The position numbers and the translations under genes are program-made. Below are positions 20,068-30,417 of a stretch of DNA of 64,000 nt, piece after piece. The notes under the pieces were generated by a model. That model did not search any database. It was not told the origin of the DNA and was given only the letters and a program-made list of their open reading frames with translations. Within the stretch, counting starts at the first letter, position 1. Every line of letters starts with the position of its first letter. Source of the stretch: Alphaproteobacteria bacterium MarineAlpha5_Bin5 (GTDB taxonomy: Bacteria; Pseudomonadota; Alphaproteobacteria; HIMB59; GCA-002718135); NCBI GenBank assembly GCA_002938205.1, contig PTKZ01000003.1, positions 23,667-87,666 of the forward strand, read 5' to 3'.

Positions 20068-20730
20068 ATGCGTATTGATAAAATTAACAAAATTTTTCAA
20101 AAATTAGAAAAACATATTCCAAGTCCCAAAACAGAACTAAAGTATAAAAATCCATTTACTTTTCTAATCTCGGTTGTTTTATCTGCCCAATCAACTGATA
20201 AATCGGTTAACTCAGCAACAAAAGAACTTTTTAAGATTGCACGCAAGCCAGAAGCAATGATTAGTCTTGGTGAAAAAAAACTTAAAAATTATATCAAAAC
20301 TATCGGACTTTATAATTCAAAAGCTAAAAATATTATTAATTTATCCAAAATTATTAATGAAAAATTTAATGGTAAAGTTCCAAATGATTTTAAAGATTTA
20401 ACAAACCTTCCAGGCGTTGGGAATAAAACAGCAAGTGTTTATCAAAATGAAATATTAAAAATTCCAAGAATAGCAGTTGATACACATGTTTTTCGAGTAT
20501 CTAATCGTATAGGCTTGGTTAAAACTAAAAATCCAGACGATACGCAAAAAGAATTAGAATCAATTATTCCAAAAAAATGGCTAAAAAGCGCCCATCACTT
20601 GCTTATTTTACATGGAAGATATACATGCAAATCGCAAAATCCACTGTGTGAAGGTTGTGCAGTTAATAAACTATGTAAATATATTAAAAGTGAAAAAGAT
20701 AAAAAAAATATTAGCAGCAAACAGAAGTGA
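20068..20730 (+). CDS. nth: Endonuclease III
   Basis: 220 aa. It has a HhH-GPD motif (LPGVGNKTA) and a C-terminal Cx6Cx2Cx5C Fe-S cluster loop. Confidence 0.93.
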   Translation: MRIDKINKIFQKLEKHIPSPKTELKYKNPFTFLISVVLSAQSTDKSVNSATKELFKIARKPEAMISLGEKKLKNYIKTIGLYNSKAKNIINLSKIINEKFNGKVPNDFKDLTNLPGVGNKTASVYQNEILKIPRIAVDTHVFRVSNRIGLVKTKNPDDTQKELESIIPKKWLKSAHHLLILHGRYTCKSQNPLCEGCAVNKLCKYIKSEKDKKNISSKQK

Positions 20731-23700
20731 AATAGCAATAAGAATTTTTCGTGCTGCAGAAGAATCTGGTATTCGTACAGCAGCTATATATTCAAAGGAA
20801 GATCGATTTGCCTTACATCGTTTTAAGACAGACGAAAGTTATCTAGTCGGGAAGGGGAAGGGACCTATACAGGCATATCTTGATATTGAATCAATAATTG
20901 AAATTGCAAAAGATGCTAAGGTTGACGCTATTCATCCGGGATATGGATTTCTTTCAGAAAATCCTGAGTTTGCTAATCTTTGTGAACAAAATGATATTAT
21001 TTTCATAGGGCCCAAAAAGGAAATATTAAAAAAACTTGGCAATAAAACCGAAGCAAAGAAAGTTGCCAAAGATGCAAAGGTTAACATAATACCATCAGTT
21101 TTAGTATCAAATGATAATAAACATAACCTCGAATCAAAGGTTAATAAAATTGGATATCCAGTAATAGTTAAGGCTAGCTGGGGTGGTGGTGGCAGAGGAA
21201 TGCGCGTTGTGTACTCTTCTAATGAACTTATAGATCAAATCAATGTTGCCCAGCGTGAATCAAAAAAAGCATTTGGAAAGGATGAAGTTTTTATAGAAAA
21301 ATTTTTGGAAGACGCAGCTCATATAGAGGTCCAAATATTAGGAGATCAATATGGAAATATTATTCATTTGTTTGAGCGCGACTGCTCCTTACAAAGAAGA
21401 CATCAAAAAATAATTGAAAGAGCTCCAGCACATTTTTTAAATGATAAATTAAGAACTAATATCTGTGAGTCTGCTATAAAAATTGCTAAGCAAGTAAATT
21501 ATGTTGGTGCTGGCACAGTTGAATTCTTATTAGATAAGAAAACTAGCGAATATTATTTTATAGAAGTTAATCCGCGTATACAAGTTGAACATACTGTTAC
21601 TGAGGAAGTTACCGGAATAGATATTGTTAAAGCACAAATTAAAATTGCTGAAGGAGAAAAAATAGGCAAACATACGGCTCTTCCGAATCAAAATAATGTA
21701 AGGCTTGATGGTTTTGCCATTCAGTGCCGAGTTACTACGGAAGATCCTCAAAATAATTTTATGCCTGACTATGGTAAAATAATTACTTATAGATCAGCTT
21801 CTGGATTTGGTGTAAGACTAGATGGCGCGACTGCGGCAGCTGGATCGATTATTACACCATACTACGATTCTTTATTGGTTAAAGTTACTACAAGGGCTCA
21901 GAGTCAAGAAGACTGCATAAAACGCATGGACAGAGCTTTGCGTGAGTTTAGAATTAGAGGTGTAAAAACAAATTTAGTTTTTTTAGAATCTTTAATCAAT
22001 AACATTCATTTTAAAGAAGGCAATTATAACACTAACTTTGTTGATAACAATAAAGATCTTTATAACTTTAAGCCAAAAAAAGATAGAGCATCGAAAATTA
22101 TTTCATATCTTGGCAATATGATAGTTAACGGCCATCCTGATATGCTTAATAGAAATAATAATATTTCTCTTGTAGAACCAGTGATTCCGAATTGTAAAAT
22201 TAATGCAAATAAAAATAATTACGTGTCTCTTTTAAAAGAAATTGGTACAGAAAAATTTATACAAGAAATAAAAAATAAGAATTATACACTTGTAACTGAT
22301 ACTACTATGAGAGATGCTCATCAATCTTTGTTAGCAACAAGGATGCGCTCAGAAGACATAATAAACATTGCAGAATTTTATAGCAATAATCTATCCGAAT
22401 TATTTTCTCTTGAGTGTTGGGGAGGAGCCACCTTTGATACTTCTATGCGCTTTCTTAAAGAAGACCCTTGGGAAAGATTAGCAAAACTTAATGAAAGATC
22501 TCCTAATTTGTTAAAACAAATGTTGTTGCGTGGGTCTAATGCTGTAGGTTACAAGAACTATCCTGACAATGTAGTTAAGTTTTTTATTAAAGAAGCTGCA
22601 GAATCTGGCATAGATGTTTTTCGAGTTTTTGATTCTTTAAACTTAATTGATAATATGAAAGTATCAATTGATGAAATACGATCACAAAATAAAATTTGTG
22701 AAGGGACAATTTGCTATACTAATGATGTAACTGACCCAAAGGAAAAAAAATATACTCTCAATTATTACATTAACCTTGTAAAAGAATTAGAAAGGGCAGG
22801 AGCTAACATAATTGCTATAAAAGATATGGCAGGTTTATGTAAGCCGAAAGCTGCAAGAACACTAATAAAAGAAATAAAAAATAACACAAATTTACCAATT
22901 CATTTTCATACTCATGATACTTCCGGAACATCTTCAGCAACTGTTTTAGCAGCTATAGAAGAGAAAGTTGATATTGTGGATTTAGCCATGGACTCAATGA
23001 GCGGGCTTACATCTCAACCAGCACTTGGCTCTATAGTATCTATTATGAAACAAAATCATGAAAACCCTAAGCTCAATGAAAATCATATCAGATCAGCTTC
23101 ATTATATTGGGAACAAGTTCGTCAAAACTATAAATCTTTCGAGACTGATTTCAAAGGAGGGAGTTCAGATGTTTATCTGCATCAAATGCCCGGTGGACAA
23201 TTTACTAATTTAAAAGAGCAGGCGAGATCGATAGGTATTTCTACAGATAAATGGGGTCTAATTGCCAATAAATATGCAGAAGTTAATTTGTTATTTGGAG
23301 ATATAATTAAGGTAACACCTTCATCAAAGGTTGTGGGAGATATGGTCCTATACATGGTCACTAATGATTTAACGGCAGAAGATGTTACAAATCCCACTAA
23401 AGAAATTTCTTTTCCCACCTCAGTAATTGAATTTTTTAAAGGTGAGATGGGCATACCGATAGGAGGTTTTCCTGAAAAACTTCAAAAGAAAATTCTTGGA
23501 AAGCAAAAACCATTAAAAGAAAGAGCCGGCTCTATTCTTACTCCAATTAATTTAGAAGGTGAAAAACAAAAGCTAGAAAAAAAATATGATGAAAAAATAG
23601 ATAATAAACAATTAGCCTCTCATCTAATGTATTCAAAAGTTTTTGATGATTTTATTATGCATCGTAAACAATTTGGCGATACTTCAATATTGTCAACAGA

Positions 23701-24130
23701 TCTTTTCTTTTATGGTCCGCAACAAGATAAAGAATATTCTATACCAATTGATAAGGGTAAAAATTTAATTATTAGATATTTGGCTAAAAGTAACCCGAAT
23801 GCAAATGGTGTTTGTTCAGTTTTTTTTGAACTCAATGGCCAACCCAGAACAATTGATATTCAAGATAGCGCTTTTTCAAAGATTATAGCAAAAAAAATTA
23901 AATCAGAAGATGATAATATAAATCAAGTCGGATCACCTCTGCCAGGTCAGATTGCAAAAATTTATATTAAACAAGGTGATAAAGTTATTAAGGGTGATAA
24001 TTTATTAGTGATTGAGGCAATGAAAATGGAGACAACTATTACTGCAGAAAAAAGTGGCACAATTAAAAAAATCTATGTTTCTTCAGGCGAAAATATTGAA
24101 TCTAAAGATTTGTTAATTGAAATTGATTAG
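20690..24130 (+). CDS. pyc: Pyruvate carboxylase
   Basis: ORF 20612..24130. A GTG at 20690 gives VKKIKKILAANRSEIAIRIFRA, the canonical biotin carboxylase N-terminus. A carboxyltransferase domain follows, and the C-terminal biotinyl motif EAMKME is present. With this start the gene overlaps nth by 41 nt. Confidence 0.93.
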   Translation: MKKIKKILAANRSEIAIRIFRAAEESGIRTAAIYSKEDRFALHRFKTDESYLVGKGKGPIQAYLDIESIIEIAKDAKVDAIHPGYGFLSENPEFANLCEQNDIIFIGPKKEILKKLGNKTEAKKVAKDAKVNIIPSVLVSNDNKHNLESKVNKIGYPVIVKASWGGGGRGMRVVYSSNELIDQINVAQRESKKAFGKDEVFIEKFLEDAAHIEVQILGDQYGNIIHLFERDCSLQRRHQKIIERAPAHFLNDKLRTNICESAIKIAKQVNYVGAGTVEFLLDKKTSEYYFIEVNPRIQVEHTVTEEVTGIDIVKAQIKIAEGEKIGKHTALPNQNNVRLDGFAIQCRVTTEDPQNNFMPDYGKIITYRSASGFGVRLDGATAAAGSIITPYYDSLLVKVTTRAQSQEDCIKRMDRALREFRIRGVKTNLVFLESLINNIHFKEGNYNTNFVDNNKDLYNFKPKKDRASKIISYLGNMIVNGHPDMLNRNNNISLVEPVIPNCKINANKNNYVSLLKEIGTEKFIQEIKNKNYTLVTDTTMRDAHQSLLATRMRSEDIINIAEFYSNNLSELFSLECWGGATFDTSMRFLKEDPWERLAKLNERSPNLLKQMLLRGSNAVGYKNYPDNVVKFFIKEAAESGIDVFRVFDSLNLIDNMKVSIDEIRSQNKICEGTICYTNDVTDPKEKKYTLNYYINLVKELERAGANIIAIKDMAGLCKPKAARTLIKEIKNNTNLPIHFHTHDTSGTSSATVLAAIEEKVDIVDLAMDSMSGLTSQPALGSIVSIMKQNHENPKLNENHIRSASLYWEQVRQNYKSFETDFKGGSSDVYLHQMPGGQFTNLKEQARSIGISTDKWGLIANKYAEVNLLFGDIIKVTPSSKVVGDMVLYMVTNDLTAEDVTNPTKEISFPTSVIEFFKGEMGIPIGGFPEKLQKKILGKQKPLKERAGSILTPINLEGEKQKLEKKYDEKIDNKQLASHLMYSKVFDDFIMHRKQFGDTSILSTDLFFYGPQQDKEYSIPIDKGKNLIIRYLAKSNPNANGVCSVFFELNGQPRTIDIQDSAFSKIIAKKIKSEDDNINQVGSPLPGQIAKIYIKQGDKVIKGDNLLVIEAMKMETTITAEKSGTIKKIYVSSGENIESKDLLIEID

Positions 24131-24640
24131 TTATTTTATCAAACTAAATTCTCTATAACATTGTTCCAGTGATTGTTTGGAGTTTAGTAACTCCCCAAAG
24201 CTATTTCTTGTTTCAAAATATTCAACTCTTTTATTTTTTAAATCATTATTAAAAAATAGAAAAATACGACATCCATCACTATCATAACGTAACATATATA
24301 CAGATCCATCAGTTCTTGCCAACTGCGGCTTACCAATAACTGAAAATACCTGATCCTCTGTATTTCCAAGAAAATTTATTTCCGCAAGTTTTTGTTGCGC
24401 TTTTATTATTGTTTTTTGTTTTTCTTTTTCATCTTGAATTATTTTTTTTTCTTTTATAATTTCATTTTCTTTTTCTATTTCATCTTCTTCTATATTGGTT
24501 TCCTGACCTTCTTTTTTTGGAAGAATTTCTTCCACAGTTGTTTTTATTGAACCTGTGGCTTTTATAACTTCTTTAGTTACTTCAACAGTAGTACAGCCTA
24601 AAATAAAGAAAAATAGACTTAGAAATAAAAATAACCGCAT
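24131..24640 (-). CDS. Hypothetical lipoprotein with E/K-rich linker
   Basis: 169 aa. It has the signal peptide plus lipobox FFILGC and a low-complexity EEDEIEKENE...KEKQK segment. I recognise no family. Its stop codon abuts the pyc stop with a 0-nt gap. Confidence 0.5.
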   Translation of the reverse strand: MRLFLFLSLFFFILGCTTVEVTKEVIKATGSIKTTVEEILPKKEGQETNIEEDEIEKENEIIKEKKIIQDEKEKQKTIIKAQQKLAEINFLGNTEDQVFSVIGKPQLARTDGSVYMLRYDSDGCRIFLFFNNDLKNKRVEYFETRNSFGELLNSKQSLEQCYREFSLIK

Positions 24641-24676
24641 TGCTCTTATGATTAAATGAATATATGTATTACTTAA

Positions 24677-25297
24677 ATGATTACATCAATTCAATCACCA
24701 TTCCTAGAATATAAATTGACCATACTTAGGGATAAAAAGACATCAAACTCTTTATTTAGGCAAACAATGAATGAGGCAAGCTATTTAATAGCATCAGAGG
24801 TGCTAAAGTTTATGCCGTATAAAAAAATTAGTGTTCAAACCCCCTTAACTACAACTTTTGGGAAAAAACTTTCACAAAAAATAATATTGGTTCCAATTTT
24901 AAGGGCTGGATTGGGACTTTTAGAAGGTTTTGTTAAATTTTTACCTGATGCAGAGAAGGGTCATATCGGCTTATATCGAAATGAACAAACTTATGAGCCT
25001 GTAGAGTATTTATTTAAACTGCCAAAAACTAAAAACAAAAAAGTATTAGTTCTAGATCCAATGTTGGCTACTGGCAATTCTTCTATTGCAGCAATTAATT
25101 TAATTAAAGGTAATGGCGTTAAAACAAAAGATGTCTTTTTAATTTCTTTATTAGCTGCACCAGAGGGGCTTAAAAATCTTCAAAAAAATCATAAGTCTCT
25201 TCATATTTTTACTTGCAAGATTGACTCAAAATTAAACAAAAAAAAGTTCATTCTACCTGGACTTGGTGATGCAGGTGATCGCTATATGGGGACGTAA
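24677..25297 (+). CDS. upp: Uracil phosphoribosyltransferase
   Basis: 206 aa with ILRAGLG, a PRPP loop (VLVLDPMLATGNS) and LPGLGDAGDR. Confidence 0.93.
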   Translation: MITSIQSPFLEYKLTILRDKKTSNSLFRQTMNEASYLIASEVLKFMPYKKISVQTPLTTTFGKKLSQKIILVPILRAGLGLLEGFVKFLPDAEKGHIGLYRNEQTYEPVEYLFKLPKTKNKKVLVLDPMLATGNSSIAAINLIKGNGVKTKDVFLISLLAAPEGLKNLQKNHKSLHIFTCKIDSKLNKKKFILPGLGDAGDRYMGT

Positions 25298-25408
25298 ACA
25301 GAAAATAGCATAATTTATCCACCATCTCATTTTTAAATTAATTTTTTTTTGCTATAAAAATGCTATCAGTGGAATATCTATAATTCTAAAAAAAGGGAGA
25401 TTTTTGGT

Positions 25409-26386
25409 ATGAAAAAATTTTTTAGTATTTTCATTGTTTCATTTGCACTTGTATTTTCTACAAGTACCTATGCAAACAAGATTGGAGTTGTTTATGACTC
25501 TGGAGGTAAATTTGATAAATCATTTAACGAATTAGCATTTAACACTGCTGAAAGAGTTAAAAATGAATTAGGCTGGGGAATGGTTGAGTTTGAAGCTTCA
25601 AACAATACTCAAATTGAACAGGGCATGCGTAAAATTGCTGATAGAGGCGCATCTCTAATTGTTGCAATGGGATTTGCTCAAGCCGATGCAGTAGCAGCAG
25701 TTGCTCCTGACTATCCTGATATAAACTTTGTTGCAGTGGATGTATGTTGGGTTGATGATCCAGCAGGAAATATTTATCAAGCTTGCTATAAAGAGCATGA
25801 AGGCTCTTTCTTAGTAGGAATGATCGCAGCAATGGCTTCTAAAAGTGGCACAATTGGTTTTGTTGGGGGAATGGATATTCCTTTAATTAGAAAATTCCAA
25901 GGTGGTTATGAGCAAGGTGCATTGCATGTTAATTCAAATATTGAAATATTGGCAAACATGACAGGTACAACTCCTGAAGCTTGGAATAATCCGACTAAGG
26001 GAGCCGAATTAACAAAAGCACAAATTGATGGTGGTGCTGATGTTGTTTATCAAGCCGCTGGAGGAACTGGGATTGGTGTTCTTCAAGCTGCTGCTGATGC
26101 AGGCATCTTAGGTATTGGTGTTGATACTAATCAAAACTGGATGCATCCAGGCAATATGTTAACTTCAATGTTAAAGCGCCTAGATCTAACTATTTTTGAA
26201 CAAGCTCAAAAAACTGGTGCTGGAACTTTTGAGCCTGGGATTCATATTCTAGGTCTTGCTGAAGGTATGGTTGGATATGCTACAGAAGATGGTTTGGTAA
26301 CAGCTGAAATGGAAGCAGCAGTTAAAGCAGCTTCTGCAGATATAATTAGCGGGGCACTTGCTGTTGCTGATTGGTCACAGGAATAA
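25409..26386 (+). CDS. BMP-family (PnrA/Med-like) nucleoside ABC transporter substrate-binding protein
   Basis: 325 aa with a signal peptide and GVVYDSGGKFDKSFNE, the basic membrane protein family pattern. It is markedly GC-richer than its surroundings. Confidence 0.85.
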   Translation: MKKFFSIFIVSFALVFSTSTYANKIGVVYDSGGKFDKSFNELAFNTAERVKNELGWGMVEFEASNNTQIEQGMRKIADRGASLIVAMGFAQADAVAAVAPDYPDINFVAVDVCWVDDPAGNIYQACYKEHEGSFLVGMIAAMASKSGTIGFVGGMDIPLIRKFQGGYEQGALHVNSNIEILANMTGTTPEAWNNPTKGAELTKAQIDGGADVVYQAAGGTGIGVLQAAADAGILGIGVDTNQNWMHPGNMLTSMLKRLDLTIFEQAQKTGAGTFEPGIHILGLAEGMVGYATEDGLVTAEMEAAVKAASADIISGALAVADWSQE

Positions 26387-26404
26387 TAAAGAAAAAAAAT
26401 TTTT

Positions 26405-26443
26405 GGTGAGACCTAAATATATTTAATAATTTATGGTCTCACC
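26405..26443 (+). promoter_or_regulatory. Intercistronic stem-loop overlapping the ABC ATPase start codon
   Basis: GGTGAGACC (26405-26413) and GGTCTCACC (26435-26443) form a perfect 9-bp inverted repeat. The 3' arm contains the G of the ATG (26433-26435) and the next codons. Confidence 0.55.
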
Positions 26444-27953
26444 TATTTTAGAACTTAAAGACATAAGTAAGTCATTTGGCCATGTTCAGGCTAATAAGAA
26501 TATAAATCTTTCAATTAACAAAGGTACAATTCATGGCATCATTGGTGAAAATGGTGCTGGGAAGTCTACTCTTATGAGTATTGTTTATGGACTTTATCAA
26601 GCTGACTCAGGAACAATAAGTATTAATGGTAAAAAAATAAATCTAAAATCTCCTAAAGACTCAATCACAAATGGAATTGGCATGGTTCACCAACATTTTA
26701 TGTTGGTAGAAAATTTTACTGTATTGGAAAATATTATTTTAGGCTTTGAAGATGAATTAGTATTTGGAAAAAATTTAGAAAAGGCAAAGAAAAATTTAAA
26801 AGATTTATGTGATACCTATAAACTCAACATTGATCTCAATTCTACCATTTCCGATCTATCTGTTGGCTTCAGACAAAGAGTTGAGATATTAAAATCACTA
26901 TATCGAGGAGCAGAAATTCTTATACTTGACGAACCTACAGGGGTCTTAACCCCTCAAGAAGTTGATGAACTTTTTAAAATTCTAAGATCTTTAAAAGATG
27001 AAGGAAAAACAATAGTTTTAATTACACATAAATTAATTGAAATTATGGATTTAACAAGTGAGGTTTCTGTAATGCGTCAAGGTGAAATGGTAGGTAACAC
27101 AAAAACTAAGGAGACCAATAAAGAACAGTTAGCAGAAATGATGGTGGGGAGAAGTGTTTTACTGCGACTTCATAAATCAGATGCAAAAAGAGGAGAAGAA
27201 GTCTTTAGAGTGAAAAATCTTACCGTTAAGGATGACTTGGATGTTACAAGAGTAAAAAATGTAAATCTTGAAATACATGCTGGTGAAATTTTAGGACTTG
27301 CTGGAGTCACAGGAAATGGACAAACAGAATTGCTTGAAGCTTTATCAGGCATTAGAAAAGTAGAGTCAGGTGAGATTTACTTAAACGATTCAATAATATC
27401 TGATAGTCAAAATTTTCTTAACCCAAGAGAACTTAAAGAAAAAGGATTGGCGCATGTACCTGAAGATCGTCAGAGAATGGGATTAGTAACAGACTTTAAG
27501 GCTTATGAAAACTTAATATTTGGTTATCATGATCAAAAACCATTTTCAAAATCTTCAATTCTTAATCATACTGATATTTTATCTCATTCAAAAAAAATCA
27601 TGAAAGAATATGATGTTAGGCCACAATCTCCCAATTTAATAACCTCAAATTTTTCAGGAGGCAATCAACAAAAAATAATCTTAAGCAGAGAGCTTAATGA
27701 AAATCCCAAAGTTTTATTAGTTGGTCAACCCACAAGAGGCGTTGATATTGGCGCTATTGAATTTATCCATCAAAGACTTATCGATATGAGAGACAAAGGT
27801 GTAGCTATACTTTTAGTTTCTGTAGAATTAGATGAGGTATTATCTCTGTCTGACAGAATTGTTGTGATGTTTGATGGCAATATTGTTGGTAAAAAAGAAA
27901 ATAAAAACGTGACTGACCGTGAGTTAGGCTTGTTGATGGCAGGTGTAGTCTAA
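26433..27953 (+). CDS. Nucleoside/sugar-type ABC transporter ATP-binding protein (tandem ABC domains)
   Basis: 506 aa. It has the Walker A motif GENGAGKST and the signature-like motifs LSVGFRQRVEI and FSGGNQQK. Confidence 0.92.
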   Translation: MVSPILELKDISKSFGHVQANKNINLSINKGTIHGIIGENGAGKSTLMSIVYGLYQADSGTISINGKKINLKSPKDSITNGIGMVHQHFMLVENFTVLENIILGFEDELVFGKNLEKAKKNLKDLCDTYKLNIDLNSTISDLSVGFRQRVEILKSLYRGAEILILDEPTGVLTPQEVDELFKILRSLKDEGKTIVLITHKLIEIMDLTSEVSVMRQGEMVGNTKTKETNKEQLAEMMVGRSVLLRLHKSDAKRGEEVFRVKNLTVKDDLDVTRVKNVNLEIHAGEILGLAGVTGNGQTELLEALSGIRKVESGEIYLNDSIISDSQNFLNPRELKEKGLAHVPEDRQRMGLVTDFKAYENLIFGYHDQKPFSKSSILNHTDILSHSKKIMKEYDVRPQSPNLITSNFSGGNQQKIILSRELNENPKVLLVGQPTRGVDIGAIEFIHQRLIDMRDKGVAILLVSVELDEVLSLSDRIVVMFDGNIVGKKENKNVTDRELGLLMAGVV

Positions 27954-29071
27954 TGGCAACTTTAGTAGATAAATCCAAAGTACCTTGGTGGGTATCAAAC
28001 TTAATTGTACCATTTGTAAACTTAACACTTGCTTTAATAGTATCGGGATTATTTATTTTTATTGCTGGTGAAAATCCTTTTGAAGCAGTAAAGTTAATAA
28101 TTTATGGTTCTTTTGGATATATTGAGGGTTTTGCATATACATTATACTATACAACAAATTTCGTATTTACAGGCCTCGCATTTGCAGTAGCTTTTCATTG
28201 TAGACTTTTCAACATTGGTGGGGAGGGACAAGCATATATTGGTGGTCTTGGAGTTTTTTTAGTTGCTATAAATTTTAGTTTTTTACCTGTTCCCATTGTT
28301 TGGCTGTTATCGATTGCTGGTGCAATTGTCTTTGGTGCTGCATGGGCTTTTATCCCAGCTTATCTCCAGGCTACTAGAGGAAGTCATGTAGTTATTACAA
28401 CCATAATGTTTAATTTTATTGCTGCATCATTAATGGTTTTTTTACTAGTAGATGTTATTAGAGATACAGCCCAAATGGGTCCTCACACTGTTGCGATACC
28501 AGAAGAACAATTTTTTCCAAATTTCAAAGATTTTGCTGCTTTGTTTGGAATGAAGATAAGATATTCGCCACTGAATATATCTTTTTTACTAGCGATAGTG
28601 GCATCTTTTTTTGTTTGGTTTTTAGTTTGGAAGACGAGATGGGGATACGAAATGCGCGCCGTTGGACACAATACTCAAGCAGCTATTTATGCAGGTATTT
28701 CTCCATACAAAAATATAATTATTGCTATGTGTGTCTCCGGGGGGCTAGCAGGATTATTAGGAGTAAATGAAATATTGGGAGTTCACCATAAGATAGTTGC
28801 AGGATTTCCAGCAGGCTATGGTTTTACAGGAATTGCAGTTGCATTAATGGGAAGAAATCACCCTATTGGTATTTTTCCCGCTGCATTTTTATTTGGTATT
28901 TTATATCAAGGTGGATCAGAGGTAACTTTTGATATGCCTAATATCACCAGATATATGTTTGTTGCAGTGCAAGGCTTAATAATTTTATTTAGTGGAGCAT
29001 TAGAAAATTTATTTAGACCACAAATTGAAAGTTTTTTTGTAAATAAACTTAATAGAGAGATAAAAGCTTAA
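27953..29071 (+). CDS. ABC transporter permease (BMP/nucleoside system)
   Basis: 372 aa and polytopic. Its start overlaps the ATPase stop (ATGA-type junction). Confidence 0.88.
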   Translation: MATLVDKSKVPWWVSNLIVPFVNLTLALIVSGLFIFIAGENPFEAVKLIIYGSFGYIEGFAYTLYYTTNFVFTGLAFAVAFHCRLFNIGGEGQAYIGGLGVFLVAINFSFLPVPIVWLLSIAGAIVFGAAWAFIPAYLQATRGSHVVITTIMFNFIAASLMVFLLVDVIRDTAQMGPHTVAIPEEQFFPNFKDFAALFGMKIRYSPLNISFLLAIVASFFVWFLVWKTRWGYEMRAVGHNTQAAIYAGISPYKNIIIAMCVSGGLAGLLGVNEILGVHHKIVAGFPAGYGFTGIAVALMGRNHPIGIFPAAFLFGILYQGGSEVTFDMPNITRYMFVAVQGLIILFSGALENLFRPQIESFFVNKLNREIKA

Positions 29072-30042
29072 TGGAATTCTTATCAGATATTGCGTCTTTA
29101 ATAAATTCTACACTTAGGATTTCTACACCATTGGTTTTTGCAGCTATGGCAGGTATTTTTGCTGAAAGATCAGGTGTAATCGATTTTAGTTTGGAAGGTA
29201 AAATGCTTATGGCTGCTTTTGTAGCGGCAGTTGGTTCTTATTTTTTAGGCAATCCATGGCTTGGATTGTTTTTAGCTATTGTTGCATGTGTAAGCTTATC
29301 TATGTTACATGGCTTTGCATCTGTAACTCATAAAGGCGATCAAGTTGTATCATGTGTAGCAATTAATATTCTCATAATTGGTTTAACAACAGCGTTAGCT
29401 GCAGCTTGGTTTGGACAAGCTGGATTAACTCCAACACTTAATGAAGATCAACGTTTTCTTGAAATCACCCTTCCTTTTGCTGATAGCTTAAGAGATGTAG
29501 CTATTATTGGAACTATTTATAGTGACATACTAAGTGGCCATTATATTTTTGTTTATTTAGCTTATTTATCAGTTCCACTTGTTTTTTGGGTAGTATTTAA
29601 AACTAGCTTTGGTTTAAGATTAAGAGCAGTTGGTGAAAATCCAAGTGCTGTAGATACAGCAGGCATTAATGTTTTTGCAATGAGATATAAAGCACTTGCA
29701 ATAAATGGTGTTTTAATTGCTTTTGCAGGAGCACATTTATCAACTGCTGTTAATGCAAATTTCTTTAGAGAGATGTCTGCAGGAAGAGGATATTTAGCTT
29801 TAGCTGCAATGATTTTTGGTAAATGGCATCCTAAGACTGCATTAATTGCATGTTTACTATTTGGTTTTACAGATGCTCTCCAAATTCGACTACAGGGAGT
29901 TGAATTACCTGCAATTGGAACTATTCCAGTACAATTAATCCAAGCAATTCCTTATGTTTTAACAGTTGTACTTTTAGCTGGCTTTGTTGGTAAAGCTATA
30001 GCTCCAAATGCCATAGGTCAGCCTTATATTAAAGAAAGATAA
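29071..30042 (+). CDS. ABC transporter permease (BMP/nucleoside system)
   Basis: 323 aa and polytopic. Its start overlaps the previous stop. Confidence 0.88.
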   Translation: MEFLSDIASLINSTLRISTPLVFAAMAGIFAERSGVIDFSLEGKMLMAAFVAAVGSYFLGNPWLGLFLAIVACVSLSMLHGFASVTHKGDQVVSCVAINILIIGLTTALAAAWFGQAGLTPTLNEDQRFLEITLPFADSLRDVAIIGTIYSDILSGHYIFVYLAYLSVPLVFWVVFKTSFGLRLRAVGENPSAVDTAGINVFAMRYKALAINGVLIAFAGAHLSTAVNANFFREMSAGRGYLALAAMIFGKWHPKTALIACLLFGFTDALQIRLQGVELPAIGTIPVQLIQAIPYVLTVVLLAGFVGKAIAPNAIGQPYIKER

Positions 30043-30093
30043 TTTAAAATTCATTTAAAGAATGTATATTATTAAATAAACATAGGAGAAAAA

Positions 30094-30414
30094 ATGACTT
30101 TAATGGAAAGATATCAAAAAGCACTTGATGAAAAAAATGAAGCAGAATTGAAAGATATACTTCATGATGACTTTACATTTACAATGCATGCATCAGGAAA
30201 TGTTTTATCTAAATCCGATATAATATCTTGGGCTATGACTGATGATATTCAAGCAGATAAGTCTAGAATTGTATATGAAAATGATGAGATAGGCGTTCAC
30301 CATGCATTTGTTACTTTTAAAGATGGAAATACTCAAGCTGTAATGGCAGTGTTTATGATTAAAGATGGGAAAATAGTGTCTTTGGAAACAGGCGCAACCA
30401 ATATGCCAAAATAA
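30094..30414 (+). CDS. Small NTF2/SnoaL-like fold protein (hypothetical)
   Basis: 106 aa. The pattern ...LHDDFTFTMHASGNVLSKSDIISW... resembles SnoaL/DUF4440-type proteins. The assignment is weak. Confidence 0.45.
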   Translation: MTLMERYQKALDEKNEAELKDILHDDFTFTMHASGNVLSKSDIISWAMTDDIQADKSRIVYENDEIGVHHAFVTFKDGNTQAVMAVFMIKDGKIVSLETGATNMPK

Positions 30415-30417
30415 ATA

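Noticed and set aside
20612-20689. An upstream extension of the pyruvate carboxylase ORF (MEDIHANRKIHCVKVV...).
   Set aside because: It lies inside the Fe-S cluster-encoding end of nth. The canonical biotin carboxylase N-terminus (KKIKKILAANRSEIAIR) begins at the GTG at 20690.
25298-25408. A possible purine or nucleoside riboswitch in the 111-nt region upstream of the nucleoside-binding protein gene.
   Set aside because: I could not find a conserved purine-riboswitch core or a three-way junction pairing. The region is an A/T-rich promoter-like sequence.
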